DNA of 51,816 bases from an uncultured Candidatus Saccharibacteria bacterium (GCA_964569655.1 CAZMTN010000003.1:1-51816), one strand, 5' to 3'. Shown: positions 8,617-17,483, counted from the stretch's first letter. Program-made: numbers and translations. The notes: generated from the letters alone by a model not told the origin.

Positions 8617-9717
8617 ATGCGGATACTCGGAGACCGCTTATTCGTGCTCATCGTGACCGTCCTCGTGCTTGGCGGTCTCGCCACGTTCTTCTCCGCGTCA
8701 CTGGGACTCCTCGCGCGCGAGAGTGCGTCCCTCACCCGCATCGCTACCTCGCAGCTCCTTCTCGGCCTCATCCCGGGGATCATCGCGCTCATCGGCATCC
8801 GCTTCATGCCGAGCAAATGGCTTGCGAAGGCGACCATCCCGTTCTATGCCTTCACCCTCTTCCTTACGCTGCTCGTATTCACGCCGCTCGGCATCCACGC
8901 GAACGGCGCCAGCCGCTGGCTCGATTTCGGGTTCACCACGCTCCAGCCAAGCGAGTTCCTGAAGATCGGGGTCATCCTCATGCTTGGGGGATATCTCTCG
9001 TTCGCAGGGAAGGGTATCAGCAACATCCGCACCGGGCTCATCCCGTTCATCGGCATCGTGGGGGTCCCGGTGTTCATCCTCCTCATGCAGCCCAACACCT
9101 CGACCGTGCTCGTGCTCGGGGCGACCTGCGCTGTCATGTATTTCCTCGCGGGCGCTCCCTTGCGGGACTTTGCGATACTCGCGGTGATCGCCATCATCGG
9201 CCTTACGACGCTCGTCATGATGCGCCCATACCTCATGAACCGCGTGCAGACATTCCTCGACCCGTCAGCAGACGCGTTTAACTCGGGGTACCAGATCCAG
9301 CAGTCCCTCATCGCCATCGGGTCAGGCGGCATCATGGGCCGCGGGTTCGGTCAGAGCGTCGAGAAGTTCAACTACCTGCCCGAGGCCGTGAACGACTCGG
9401 TATTCGCCGTCTTCGGCGAGGAGTTCGGGTTCGTGGGGGCCACTGCGCTCATCCTCCTCTTCCTCGCGTTCGCCGCCCGGGGCTTCCGTATCGCGAGCGA
9501 AGCCGGGACGGCCGCTGGCGCCTATATAGCCGTGGGGCTCACCCTCATGATCGTGCTCTCGGCATTCCTCAATATCGGGGCCATGCTGGGCGTCCTGCCC
9601 CTTACCGGCCTCCCATTACCCTTCGTGAGCCACGGCGGAACAGCCCTTTTCGCGGCATTGTGCGCCGTGGGCATCATTTTGAACGTCGCCGGGGGCAAGA
9701 AGAAGGCGAACCGCTAG
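8617..9717 (+). CDS. ftsW: SEDS family peptidoglycan polymerase (FtsW/RodA)
   Basis: NGASRWL, QPSEFLK, GYQIQQSL-AIGSGG, LPEAVNDSVF, TGLPLPFVSHGG; follows mraY. Confidence 0.88.
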   Translation: MRILGDRLFVLIVTVLVLGGLATFFSASLGLLARESASLTRIATSQLLLGLIPGIIALIGIRFMPSKWLAKATIPFYAFTLFLTLLVFTPLGIHANGASRWLDFGFTTLQPSEFLKIGVILMLGGYLSFAGKGISNIRTGLIPFIGIVGVPVFILLMQPNTSTVLVLGATCAVMYFLAGAPLRDFAILAVIAIIGLTTLVMMRPYLMNRVQTFLDPSADAFNSGYQIQQSLIAIGSGGIMGRGFGQSVEKFNYLPEAVNDSVFAVFGEEFGFVGATALILLFLAFAARGFRIASEAGTAAGAYIAVGLTLMIVLSAFLNIGAMLGVLPLTGLPLPFVSHGGTALFAALCAVGIILNVAGGKKKANR

Positions 9718-9828
9718 GAAGGGCCTATAATGAGGAGCATTCTGAGCAGGGAAGGGACAAAGAAATAGCCTTATTATAAGCCATATTTCAATACCTGGAT
9801 TAAGGGAAGATGAGGCTGAACCCCTTGA

Positions 9829-9852
9829 CTATTGACACCTAGCGTGCTACTA
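9829..9852 (+). promoter_or_regulatory. Sigma70-type promoter of the 3D-domain gene
   Basis: TTGAC-like hexamers upstream and an extended -10 TGcTACTAT about 30 nt before ATG 9885. Confidence 0.5.
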
Positions 9853-9884
9853 TGGTCTGACGAAGTGGTTATCCGCTTCGTGCT

Positions 9885-10451
9885 ATGTCTACCTTCATTG
9901 CTTCAGCTCTCGTGGCTGGATTTTTCATTATGTCAGGCGCCCAGGCGGCGTCTGCACCGGCGGCTCCGGAAGTGCCTGAGCCGACGCATCCGACCTTCTC
10001 AGTCAGCCTCACGTCGTATAACGCCGTCGAGGGGCAGACCGATGAGGATCCGATGACCACCGCTTCTGGACTTCGTTCGAATCCGGAGACCATCGCTGCC
10101 CGTTCGCGAGACCTCGCTGAGGTCCTCCCGTTCGGTACGGTGATCGCCATCGAACGCGTCTCGAGCGACACGAACAACTGCCGTTTCTCCGAAGTGGAGT
10201 CCCTCATCGGATACCGCGTCGTGGGAGACAGCATGGCTGCTCGTATGAAGAATCGCGTCGACGTCCTCCTTGACCACGAAGACAAGATCGAGGTCAACGG
10301 GAAGCCGACCAACCCAAGCCGGGTGCTCGGCGTCTGCGATGAGGTGACGGTGCACGTCGTGGGATTCATCCCCGTTAAGGACGTACCGGATACCCAGGAA
10401 GAGCTCCGCCGGATGGTGGATGCCTCCAACAAGGTCGCGATCAAGAACTAA
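9885..10451 (+). CDS. Secreted 3D (Asp-Asp-Asp) domain protein, lytic-transglycosylase-like
   Basis: Signal peptide; TSYNAV-QTDEDP-TTASG, A-SRDL, PFGT, V-DSM, NRVDV. Confidence 0.75.
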   Translation: MSTFIASALVAGFFIMSGAQAASAPAAPEVPEPTHPTFSVSLTSYNAVEGQTDEDPMTTASGLRSNPETIAARSRDLAEVLPFGTVIAIERVSSDTNNCRFSEVESLIGYRVVGDSMAARMKNRVDVLLDHEDKIEVNGKPTNPSRVLGVCDEVTVHVVGFIPVKDVPDTQEELRRMVDASNKVAIKN

Positions 10452-10465
10452 TCTGTCCGACTAGC

Positions 10466-10499
10466 CAACACCCCCGCATCATCCGATGCGGGGGTGTTG
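10466..10499. terminator. Perfect 15-bp hairpin after the 3D gene
   Basis: CAACACCCCCGCATC-ATCC-GATGCGGGGGTGTTG; no U-tract. Confidence 0.6.
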
Positions 10500-10516
10500 C
10501 TATACTGCCCGGAGCA

Positions 10517-11617
10517 ATGGCCCTACCCGAGCACGGCGTATCCATCGTGTCCTTGGTCGGCGCGCTCATCGAAGAGGCGTGCGCGGAACGCTGCTCCGAT
10601 CTCCATATCGATCCCGTACCTGACGGCGTCCGGGTGCGGATGCGCGCGGACGGCATCCTGCTCGATCGCCATGCGCTCCCGGCTCACGTGCACCAGGAGA
10701 TCATCTCCCGCATCAAGATACTGTCCGGTCTCCGCACCGACGAGCATAACGCGCCGCAGGACGGGCGTTTCCGCTACACCTTCGCGGACGGGAAGTGGGT
10801 GGATATCCGCGTCTCGGTGATGCCCACCTATCACGGGGAGAATGCCGTGCTGCGGCTCCTCGCGAACGCCGCAGAGGAGCAGACACTCGCCTCGCTCGGC
10901 TTCGGCGAGGAGGACCAGGCCCGGATCAGGAAGGCGCTCGAGCGCCGAGGCGGCATGATCCTTGCGACCGGCCCCACGGGCTCCGGAAAGACCACGACGC
11001 TTTATACCCTCATCCAGATGCTCAACCGACCGGATGTCTCCATCATGACGGTGGAGGACCCCATCGAGTACGCCATGGAGGGCGTCCGCCAGGTCCAAGT
11101 GAACCATCGGACCGGCCTTACGTTTGCCTCCGGCCTCCGCTCCATGCTGCGCCAGGATCCGGACGTGATCATGGTGGGCGAGGTACGGGACGCGGAGACG
11201 GCCGGCATCGCGGTGAATACCGCGCTCACGGGCCATCTCCTTCTCACGACGCTCCACACCACTAACGCAGCTACGTCCATCCCGCGCCTCCTCGACATGA
11301 AGGTGGAGCCGTACCTTGCCGCATCCACGATGCAGCTCGCCATCGGGCAGCGCCTCGTGCGCCGCATCTGCAAGGAATGCGCGAAGGAAGGATGCGATGC
11401 CTGCAAGGGTTCCGGGTATCGCGGGCGCATTTCCATAAACGAGGTATTAGTAGCCACCGACCGTATCCGGGACGCCATAGCCCGGAGAGCATCAGCGGGA
11501 GAGATACAGGGCATCGCGACAGAGGAAGGCATGCGGACCATGCTCGAGGACGGCATGCAAAAGGCGGAACGTGGAGAGACCACCCTCGAAGAAGTGCTGC
11601 GCGCCGTCCATGAATAG
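10517..11617 (+). CDS. GspE/PilB-family pilus assembly ATPase (short form)
   Basis: SDLHIDP, PQDGRF, Walker A GPTGSGKT, VEDPIEY, LRQDPDVIMVGEVRD, TGHL-LTTLH, CxxC..CxxC. Confidence 0.95.
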   Translation: MALPEHGVSIVSLVGALIEEACAERCSDLHIDPVPDGVRVRMRADGILLDRHALPAHVHQEIISRIKILSGLRTDEHNAPQDGRFRYTFADGKWVDIRVSVMPTYHGENAVLRLLANAAEEQTLASLGFGEEDQARIRKALERRGGMILATGPTGSGKTTTLYTLIQMLNRPDVSIMTVEDPIEYAMEGVRQVQVNHRTGLTFASGLRSMLRQDPDVIMVGEVRDAETAGIAVNTALTGHLLLTTLHTTNAATSIPRLLDMKVEPYLAASTMQLAIGQRLVRRICKECAKEGCDACKGSGYRGRISINEVLVATDRIRDAIARRASAGEIQGIATEEGMRTMLEDGMQKAERGETTLEEVLRAVHE

Positions 11618-12686
11618 CCTCCTCGACACGCTCCGCGCGCCGCGCCTCTCTCAGAAGCAGCAGGCACTCTTCATGCAGCGGCTCTCGTTCCTCATCAGCT
11701 CCGGCATGCCGCTCACGCAGGGGCTTTCCATACTGGAATCCCAGGAGCGCGGAGGAAGCGTCCGGGAGGCTCTCAGGCAGGTGAGCCGGTCCGTTGAGGA
11801 AGGGAAGACGCTCGGGGAAAGCATGGCGCCATACCCCTACGCCTTCACCCGGTTCTCCATCGAAGTCATCCGGGTCGGGGAGTCGAGCGGGACGCTCGCG
11901 GAGAACCTGGAGTACCTTTCCAGGGAACTGAGGAAGCGGGCAGAGCTCCGCACGAAGCTCGTGGGGTCGCTTATCTACCCGGGACTCATTACCGGAGCCA
12001 CCATCCTTCTGTCCGCATCCCTCATCCTGTTCATCTTCCCGAAGATCGTCCCGGTGTTCTCGAGCACCGGCATGGAGCTGCCCTGGTCCACGCGCTCATT
12101 GCTTGCGGTGAGCTCCTACCTCAGCGAGTGGGGTCTCGTCACGCTCATCGCGGTTGTCGCTGCTGCGACAGCTCTTATCCTGGTTCATCGGCGCTACGAG
12201 CGCATGCAGAGGTATTCCGCGTGGCTCACCGGGCATGTGCCTGTCCTTGGCGGGATGGTGCAGGCGTACCACCTCTCGAACCTCACGCGTACGCTCTCGC
12301 TGCTCCTTACGAGCGGCATGCCGCTCGCGCTGGCGCTTCCGGGCACCGCGCGCTCCGTGACGCATATCCTGTTCCGGGATGCGCTTATGGAGATATCCGA
12401 GGCTGCAGTACGCGGCGAGGGCATGAGCCTGCATATCCAGAAGCGGAGGGATCTCTTCCCGGACATGGTGGGGCATATGCTCATGGTCGGGGAAACGAGC
12501 GGGACGCTGCCGGAGACGCTTTCCTACGTATCCGCGTTCTATGAGGCAGAGCTCGATGAGCGCTCGAAGCAGCTCTCTACGCTTATAGAGCCCGCGCTCA
12601 TGATCCTCATGGGGCTCATCGTCGGATTCGTCGCCGTATCCATGATCCTGCCGATATACGGCATAACCGAGCACCTGCATGGCTAA
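11610..12686 (+). CDS. GspF/PilC-family pilus platform protein
   Basis: Two T2SSF repeats (GE-SG-L twice), LIYP, LIEP-LM, ILPIY; overlaps the ATPase stop. Confidence 0.93.
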   Translation: MNSLLDTLRAPRLSQKQQALFMQRLSFLISSGMPLTQGLSILESQERGGSVREALRQVSRSVEEGKTLGESMAPYPYAFTRFSIEVIRVGESSGTLAENLEYLSRELRKRAELRTKLVGSLIYPGLITGATILLSASLILFIFPKIVPVFSSTGMELPWSTRSLLAVSSYLSEWGLVTLIAVVAAATALILVHRRYERMQRYSAWLTGHVPVLGGMVQAYHLSNLTRTLSLLLTSGMPLALALPGTARSVTHILFRDALMEISEAAVRGEGMSLHIQKRRDLFPDMVGHMLMVGETSGTLPETLSYVSAFYEAELDERSKQLSTLIEPALMILMGLIVGFVAVSMILPIYGITEHLHG

Positions 12687-13089
12687 GGGATTCACGCTCA
12701 TCGAGTGCGTCCTTGTGATAGGCCTCCTTGCGGCTGTAGCTGGCATAGGGTTATTCGGGACGCTAAGCATGTACCGGTCTTCCTCGCTCGAGGATGAACG
12801 AGACCTCCTGGTCGCACTCCTTGAGCGGGCCCGCAGCCATGCGCTTGCGAATCTATACCAGTCATCGCATGGCGTATGCGCAGGAGAGGGGCGGTACGTC
12901 GTATTCCGAGAGCCGTTCATCCTTGAGGAGGAAGCGCAGCAGGGAGTTGCTTCTGACCTGCCGCCTTGTCCAGAGGGCATCGTCTTTACGGCTCCATCCG
13001 CTACGACATCACCCCTAGAGATCACCCTTTCCAACGGGGAGGACTCTGCAGTTATCACCATAAACAGGGAGGGGGCAATCGGGTGGTAG
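12679..13089 (+). CDS. Prepilin-like protein (type IV pilin N-terminal methylation motif)
   Basis: MAKG|FTLIE plus hydrophobic helix. Confidence 0.88.
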   Translation: MAKGFTLIECVLVIGLLAAVAGIGLFGTLSMYRSSSLEDERDLLVALLERARSHALANLYQSSHGVCAGEGRYVVFREPFILEEEAQQGVASDLPPCPEGIVFTAPSATTSPLEITLSNGEDSAVITINREGAIGW

Positions 13090-13121
13090 CATGGAGGGGT
13101 TACCAGCATTTACCGATATCC

Positions 13122-13532
13122 ATGACACTTCCGTATCACACAGCTTCTTACACGACTTGGGCGCCGCTCGTCGCGCGCATCATCATCGGTGCCGCATTCG
13201 TCTTCGCGGCTACGATGAAGATCCCGGGCACCGAATCCTTCAATATGGAGGTCGGCATGACGGCCGCCGTCGGCGTGCCGTTCGCGTATCTCGCCGTCAT
13301 CCTTGCGGGCATCCTCGAGGCGGCAGCGGGACTCGCGCTTATCTTCGGGTACCAGACGCGCCTCGCGGCGTTCGCTCTCGTGCTCTTCGTCGCGCTCCTC
13401 ACCGTCCTCTTCCACTGGAACTTCTCGGACATGATGGCGATGGGGTCGTTCATCTCGCACCTTGAGCTCATTGCGGCTCTGCTCTACATCTCCGTATACG
13501 GAGCGAAGAGCATCGCCGTGCAGCGGGACTAG
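13122..13532 (+). CDS. DoxX family membrane protein
   Basis: ARIIIG-FV-A-MKI, E-AAG-LIFGYQTR-AA, FHW; four TM helices. Confidence 0.85.
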   Translation: MTLPYHTASYTTWAPLVARIIIGAAFVFAATMKIPGTESFNMEVGMTAAVGVPFAYLAVILAGILEAAAGLALIFGYQTRLAAFALVLFVALLTVLFHWNFSDMMAMGSFISHLELIAALLYISVYGAKSIAVQRD

Positions 13533-13549
13533 GTTCTGAAGCTCATGCA

Positions 13550-13577
13550 GAAAAGCCGCCCGTACGGGCGGCTTTTC
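13550..13577. terminator. Bidirectional intrinsic terminator
   Basis: GAAAAGCCGCCC-GTAC-GGGCGGCTTTTC between convergent genes. Confidence 0.85.
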
Positions 13578-13620
13578 GTATAAAAATGCCCCCGGATGGT
13601 TAGTCCGGAGGCAGATGGGG

Positions 13621-14304
13621 CTATGCGATATTAAGGGATTCCCGGGAAAGGCGGCGCACTTTCTCATGCGCTGCCTTTTTCTCCGCCTGATACGCGCTAA
13701 GGAACATGCGTCCCTCAGTGCTGCCGAGCCAGTGCATGAGGCCACGCATGACGATCCGATCCCGGTGCTGCACAGCAAAGGGATCAAAGCGGTGCGGGGA
13801 CTCGCCGAGCGGACCGAGGACGATGCCGCTGTTGCAGCGGCTCGAGCACACATGCGTGAGAAGCAGAGCGAGGCAGAAGCTCCGCTTCTTCCGCTCCTGA
13901 TCGAATTTGTGGACGAACTCGAGCGCCGGGTCCTCGGGAGCGGGATCGTGGTAGAGCGGAGACCCTTCCACGAAGACGGTCCCGCAATGAGCACCGAGCC
14001 ATTGCACTGTGCTCGAGAGCACGAGAATATCCCGATTGAGGTAGGGAAGGTCAGCGAAGACGAAGTCCCCGTTCAGGATCCGATCCGACCGGTTGAAGTC
14101 CGGGAGGATGCGGTGGATGATCTTCTCCGCAGGAAGGACTGGCGAGGCGTTGGAGCGATTGGCCCGGTCCCAGTGCTGGGCGATGATGCGCTCCGAATTC
14201 ACGTGGAAGCGGGGATCCCGACCATTGAAGGCCAGGCGCTCCACGGAAAGCGGGAAAGCGAATCCGTAGGGCGTAAGCGAGAGGTCCATCATGGGATGGC
14301 GCAT
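13621..14304 (-). CDS. Hypothetical protein, 227 aa, with a 90-aa internal duplication
   Basis: AAAGGA 6 nt upstream; repeated RDxxV...WLGxxxGxxF motif at residues 90-112 and 180-202. Confidence 0.7.
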   Translation of the reverse strand: MRHPMMDLSLTPYGFAFPLSVERLAFNGRDPRFHVNSERIIAQHWDRANRSNASPVLPAEKIIHRILPDFNRSDRILNGDFVFADLPYLNRDILVLSSTVQWLGAHCGTVFVEGSPLYHDPAPEDPALEFVHKFDQERKKRSFCLALLLTHVCSSRCNSGIVLGPLGESPHRFDPFAVQHRDRIVMRGLMHWLGSTEGRMFLSAYQAEKKAAHEKVRRLSRESLNIA

Positions 14305-14386
14305 GCGTTTTCCTTTCAGGTAACAGGTCTCGGGGGACTATACCGCAAATGGCCTGGCAAATGAAATCGGCCACTGTTTAGGTAAC

Positions 14387-14423
14387 GGAAAAGCCCACCG
14401 CTGTCGTGCCGGTGGGCTTTTCC
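14387..14423 (-). terminator. Terminator downstream of tRNA-Glu
   Basis: GGAAAAGCCCACCG / CGGTGGGCTTTTCC 14-bp stem. Confidence 0.75.
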
Positions 14424-14431
14424 TCTGTATG

Positions 14432-14503
14432 TGACCCTACGGGGAATCGAACCCCGATTTAAGCCTTGAGAAGGCTCCGTCCTAACCGTTAGACGATAGG
14501 GCC
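14432..14503 (-). tRNA. tRNA-Glu(CUC), CCA not encoded
   Basis: Reverse complement reads GGCCCTA...GAGCC-TT-CTC-AA-GGCTT...GGTTCGATTCC...TAGGGTC-A. Confidence 0.93.
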
Positions 14504-14540
14504 TGGTCTCACTGTTATAGCAGAAATCGGGCAAAAGAAA

Positions 14541-14574
14541 AACCGCCCGCCGGATGAAGTGTCCGGGGGCGGTT
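14541..14574 (-). terminator. Intrinsic terminator of the 14593..14913 orphan
   Basis: AACCGCCC/GGGCGGTT stem with an A-run 5' on + (U-tract on -). Confidence 0.65.
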
Positions 14575-14592
14575 CTCTAGAGACGGCGGCAT

Positions 14593-14913
14593 TTAGTCCA
14601 CTGGTTCCGGCTTGGTCTTGAAGCGCAGGTGCTTGGTAATCGCATCACCGAGGCGATACGCATCACTTTCCAGGCTGAGGCTCTGAGGTATGACCGGTCG
14701 AGAGAACTTCGTGCCCTCGGCGCAGCCATGCAGTTCGACGAAGCCATTGGTCGCAGCATGGAAATCCTGCAGCTCCTCGACACCGAAGTCGCGCGGCCTG
14801 CGGGGAACTACGGCAAAGATCTGCTCTTGATGTCCGATCCGGACCAGGCTCGGATAGAAGACCTTTACGGTCTCCGGCCGGTCCTCAGCATCGGAGGTTC
14901 TTGCAAGACGCAT
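14593..14913 (-). CDS. Hypothetical protein, 106 aa (orphan)
   Basis: AGGAG 6 nt upstream, TGcTATAAT at 14974-14979 (- strand), own terminator. Confidence 0.6.
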   Translation of the reverse strand: MRLARTSDAEDRPETVKVFYPSLVRIGHQEQIFAVVPRRPRDFGVEELQDFHAATNGFVELHGCAEGTKFSRPVIPQSLSLESDAYRLGDAITKHLRFKTKPEPVD

Positions 14914-15001
14914 GGTTAGCTCCTGTGTTGTGTATCTGGTTGGGCCCCACCAACAACGCTTTCTTGCGCTTTGATTATAGCACGATGTCCTCCTTTTGTC
15001 C

Positions 15002-15457
15002 CTACTGGAGCAAGGAATCTACAACCGCCTTCACGTCGCCGCCGTCCGCCTTGCCTTTGAGCTCCTTCATGAGGATGCCAGTGAACTTACCGGCCTCGGC
15101 CTTGCCGGTGATGCCGAGCTCCGCGATCTTCGCCTCCGCGATAGCCTTGATGTCCTCGCGGCTCATCATGGCCGGCATGAGGGACTCGATGATGACGAGC
15201 TCCTCCTTCTCGCCGCCCGTGAGCTCGATGCGGCCCGCGGCCTCGAACTGCTGGATGGAGTCCTTGCGCTGATTCGCCGCGCGTTTGAGCACCGCCTGCG
15301 CCTCCTCGTCCGTGAGGAACTGGTCCGGCTTGCGGCCTTTCGCTACCGCTTCGTTCGTCATCGCGGATACCAAGGAGCGCAGCGTGCGGAGCTTCGCCTC
15401 GTCCTTGGCGCGCATCGCGTCCGGGATGCTTGCCTTCAGGGATTCGTGTATAGCCAT
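15002..15457 (-). CDS. GatB/YqeY domain protein
   Basis: DAMRAKDEAKLRTLRS, KRAANQRKDSIQQFEAAGR-EL, KELKGKADG. Confidence 0.93.
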   Translation of the reverse strand: MAIHESLKASIPDAMRAKDEAKLRTLRSLVSAMTNEAVAKGRKPDQFLTDEEAQAVLKRAANQRKDSIQQFEAAGRIELTGGEKEELVIIESLMPAMMSREDIKAIAEAKIAELGITGKAEAGKFTGILMKELKGKADGGDVKAVVDSLLQ

Positions 15458-15559
15458 GCCCGCATAGTAGCACCTGGACATTATGCACAGGCCTGCTTGA
15501 TTTATTACAACTATAGTGGTATAGTAATTCCAGCCTGCACCCTTCAGCTGGAGATATCC

Positions 15560-15841
15560 ATGCAAGACACGCTCACACGGAAACTTCCGGTGGTACCCCG
15601 CCTCGGCAGCCCGTGGCTGCACTTCACCCCCAAGGCCCTGTATCGTTTCCTCGGGGAGCCGCAATGGACCGACCCTGACCGGATCGGACAGTGCCCGCTC
15701 ATCATGATCGTCTGCGAAGTCCGCGACGGCCAGACCTGCGAGTTCAGCGCGTTCATGATCGACCACGCTGATCTGCTTGCGAAGGCGCTCGACTATAGCC
15801 GGCCGTTCGTCGTGATCGACGGCGTCCCTCGCAGCCGCTGA
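15560..15841 (+). CDS. Hypothetical protein, 93 aa (orphan)
   Basis: TTGATT-N17-TATAGT (15497-15525), GGAG 6 nt upstream, terminator downstream. Confidence 0.6.
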   Translation: MQDTLTRKLPVVPRLGSPWLHFTPKALYRFLGEPQWTDPDRIGQCPLIMIVCEVRDGQTCEFSAFMIDHADLLAKALDYSRPFVVIDGVPRSR

Positions 15842-15862
15842 GTCCAGCACAGAAGAAGCAAG

Positions 15863-15895
15863 GGCCCGCGCTTAACAACGCGGGCCTTTTTCTTT
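15863..15895 (+). terminator. Intrinsic terminator
   Basis: GGCCCGCG/CGCGGGCC followed by a T-run. Confidence 0.75.
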
Positions 15896-15911
15896 GGGAT
15901 ATAATCAGCGC

Positions 15912-16967
15912 ATGGATATCGTCGCCGTAGGCATCATCGTCATCATCGTTTTCATACTCCAGGGCATCGGCCTCTGGTACCTCTTCGGCCGCAGGCAGGA
16001 CGTGCCCGCAGACAACGGCGGCATGCTGCTGCTCCAGAAGCAGGTCCAGGACATGGCGCGCTCCATCGATCAGCGCGTCTCGGAGTCGAGCAAGCAGATG
16101 CAGGACAGCGTCCACCGCCAGCTCACCGAATCCACGCGCATCATCCGGGAGGTGACCGAAGGACTCACCAAGCTCGATGAGACCAATAGGCAGGTGGTCT
16201 CCTTCGCGGACCAGCTCCAGGGGCTCCAGGATATCCTCAAGAACCCGAAGCAGCGCGGCATCCTCGGCGAGTACTACCTCGAGACCGTGCTCAAGAACGT
16301 CATGCCGCCCGGTAGCTACCAGATGCAGTTCCCGTTCGCGAACGGGGAGATCGTAGACGCGGTGGTGTTCGTGAAGGACCGCATCATCCCGATTGACTCC
16401 AAGTTCTCGCTCGAGAACTACAACCGCGCCATCGAGGCCCGTGACCCCGAGGACCGCGCCGTATACGAGAAGCAGTTCAAGACGGACCTCAAGAACCGCA
16501 TCGACGAGACCGCTAAGTACGTCCGTCCGGAGGAGAACACCATGGAATTCGCCTTCATGTTCATCCCCAGCGAGGGCATCTACTACGACCTCCTCTCGAA
16601 CCAGGTGGGGGCGCTCAAATCGGCTACCCGGGACCTCATCGAGTACGCCTTCCAGAAGAAGGTCATCATCGTCTCGCCGACCTCCTTCCTCGCGTACCTC
16701 CAGACCGTCATGCAGGGACTCAAAGGCATGCAGATCGAGGAGCAGGCAGCGGAGATCAAGAAGCGGGTAGGGGAGCTCGGGAAGCACGTGGCTGCCTTCG
16801 AGGAGTTCTACCGGAAGATCGGTGTCGCGCTCGGCACTACCGTTTCGCATTACAACAGCGCGTACAAGGAGCTCGCGAAGATAGACAAGGACGTCTACCG
16901 CATAGACGGGAGCAAGATAGGCATCGAGCAGAACCTTCTGGATAAGCCGGTAGCGGAGCTTGACTGA
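15912..16967 (+). CDS. rmuC: DNA recombination protein RmuC
   Basis: N-terminal TM and coiled coil, KQRGILGEYYLE, IPIDSKF-LENY, FAFMFIPSEG, SPTSFLAYL. Confidence 0.93.
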   Translation: MDIVAVGIIVIIVFILQGIGLWYLFGRRQDVPADNGGMLLLQKQVQDMARSIDQRVSESSKQMQDSVHRQLTESTRIIREVTEGLTKLDETNRQVVSFADQLQGLQDILKNPKQRGILGEYYLETVLKNVMPPGSYQMQFPFANGEIVDAVVFVKDRIIPIDSKFSLENYNRAIEARDPEDRAVYEKQFKTDLKNRIDETAKYVRPEENTMEFAFMFIPSEGIYYDLLSNQVGALKSATRDLIEYAFQKKVIIVSPTSFLAYLQTVMQGLKGMQIEEQAAEIKKRVGELGKHVAAFEEFYRKIGVALGTTVSHYNSAYKELAKIDKDVYRIDGSKIGIEQNLLDKPVAELD

Positions 16968-17044
16968 TTTATATAACTGTGTTAGATTATTAACAGTCGT
17001 TCCCAGCACAATTCCTGTGCTGAACAAATATAGAAAGGACTCCC

Positions 17045-17401
17045 ATGCTGCGTCTTTCCTTGGTTATCATTCTCACCGTGCTGTGTCTTATTCTTCTGAA
17101 GGGCATGGCTGAGTCGTATACCGGGGCTCTCAGCTTCGGCATCTTCATCACCGCCATCGGTCTCTCCTTCGCGAGCTACTGCGCCGGGCTCTCACGGCCG
17201 GGCTACTCCCGTGACAAGCTCAAGGCAGGGGTCAAATACCATGTGGTGCATCGCGACAAGCTGCACCCAAGGGAAGTGATGCCCGCTGGACAGATCACCT
17301 GGCTGCGGACCAGCACGGGGGAGAACCTGATGATTATCTTCAACAGCGAAATCCCGCCTGATTCCTTCATGGTGAGCAAAGGTCAGCTGGTTCCTTGCTG
17401 A
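17045..17401 (+). CDS. Hypothetical membrane protein, 118 aa (orphan)
   Basis: Two N-terminal hydrophobic segments; TTGACT-N17-TAGATT (16960-16988); AAAGGA 5 nt upstream. Confidence 0.65.
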   Translation: MLRLSLVIILTVLCLILLKGMAESYTGALSFGIFITAIGLSFASYCAGLSRPGYSRDKLKAGVKYHVVHRDKLHPREVMPAGQITWLRTSTGENLMIIFNSEIPPDSFMVSKGQLVPC

Positions 17402-17419
17402 GCACGGTAGATCAGCGAA

Positions 17420-17454
17420 AAGGCCGGTACTCTTTAGTACCGGCCTTGTCTTTT
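17420..17454 (+). terminator. Intrinsic terminator
   Basis: AAGGCCGGTACT/AGTACCGGCCTT 12-bp stem. Confidence 0.75.
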
Positions 17455-17483
17455 ACCTAGGCAAGTGGTACCTTTTGGGGACT

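Noticed and set aside
9718-9830. Intergenic segment with opposing TATAAT hexamers and a 12-codon ORF (MRSILSREGTKK)
   Set aside because: No matching -35, no convincing structure and no SD; indistinguishable from AT-rich upstream promoter DNA
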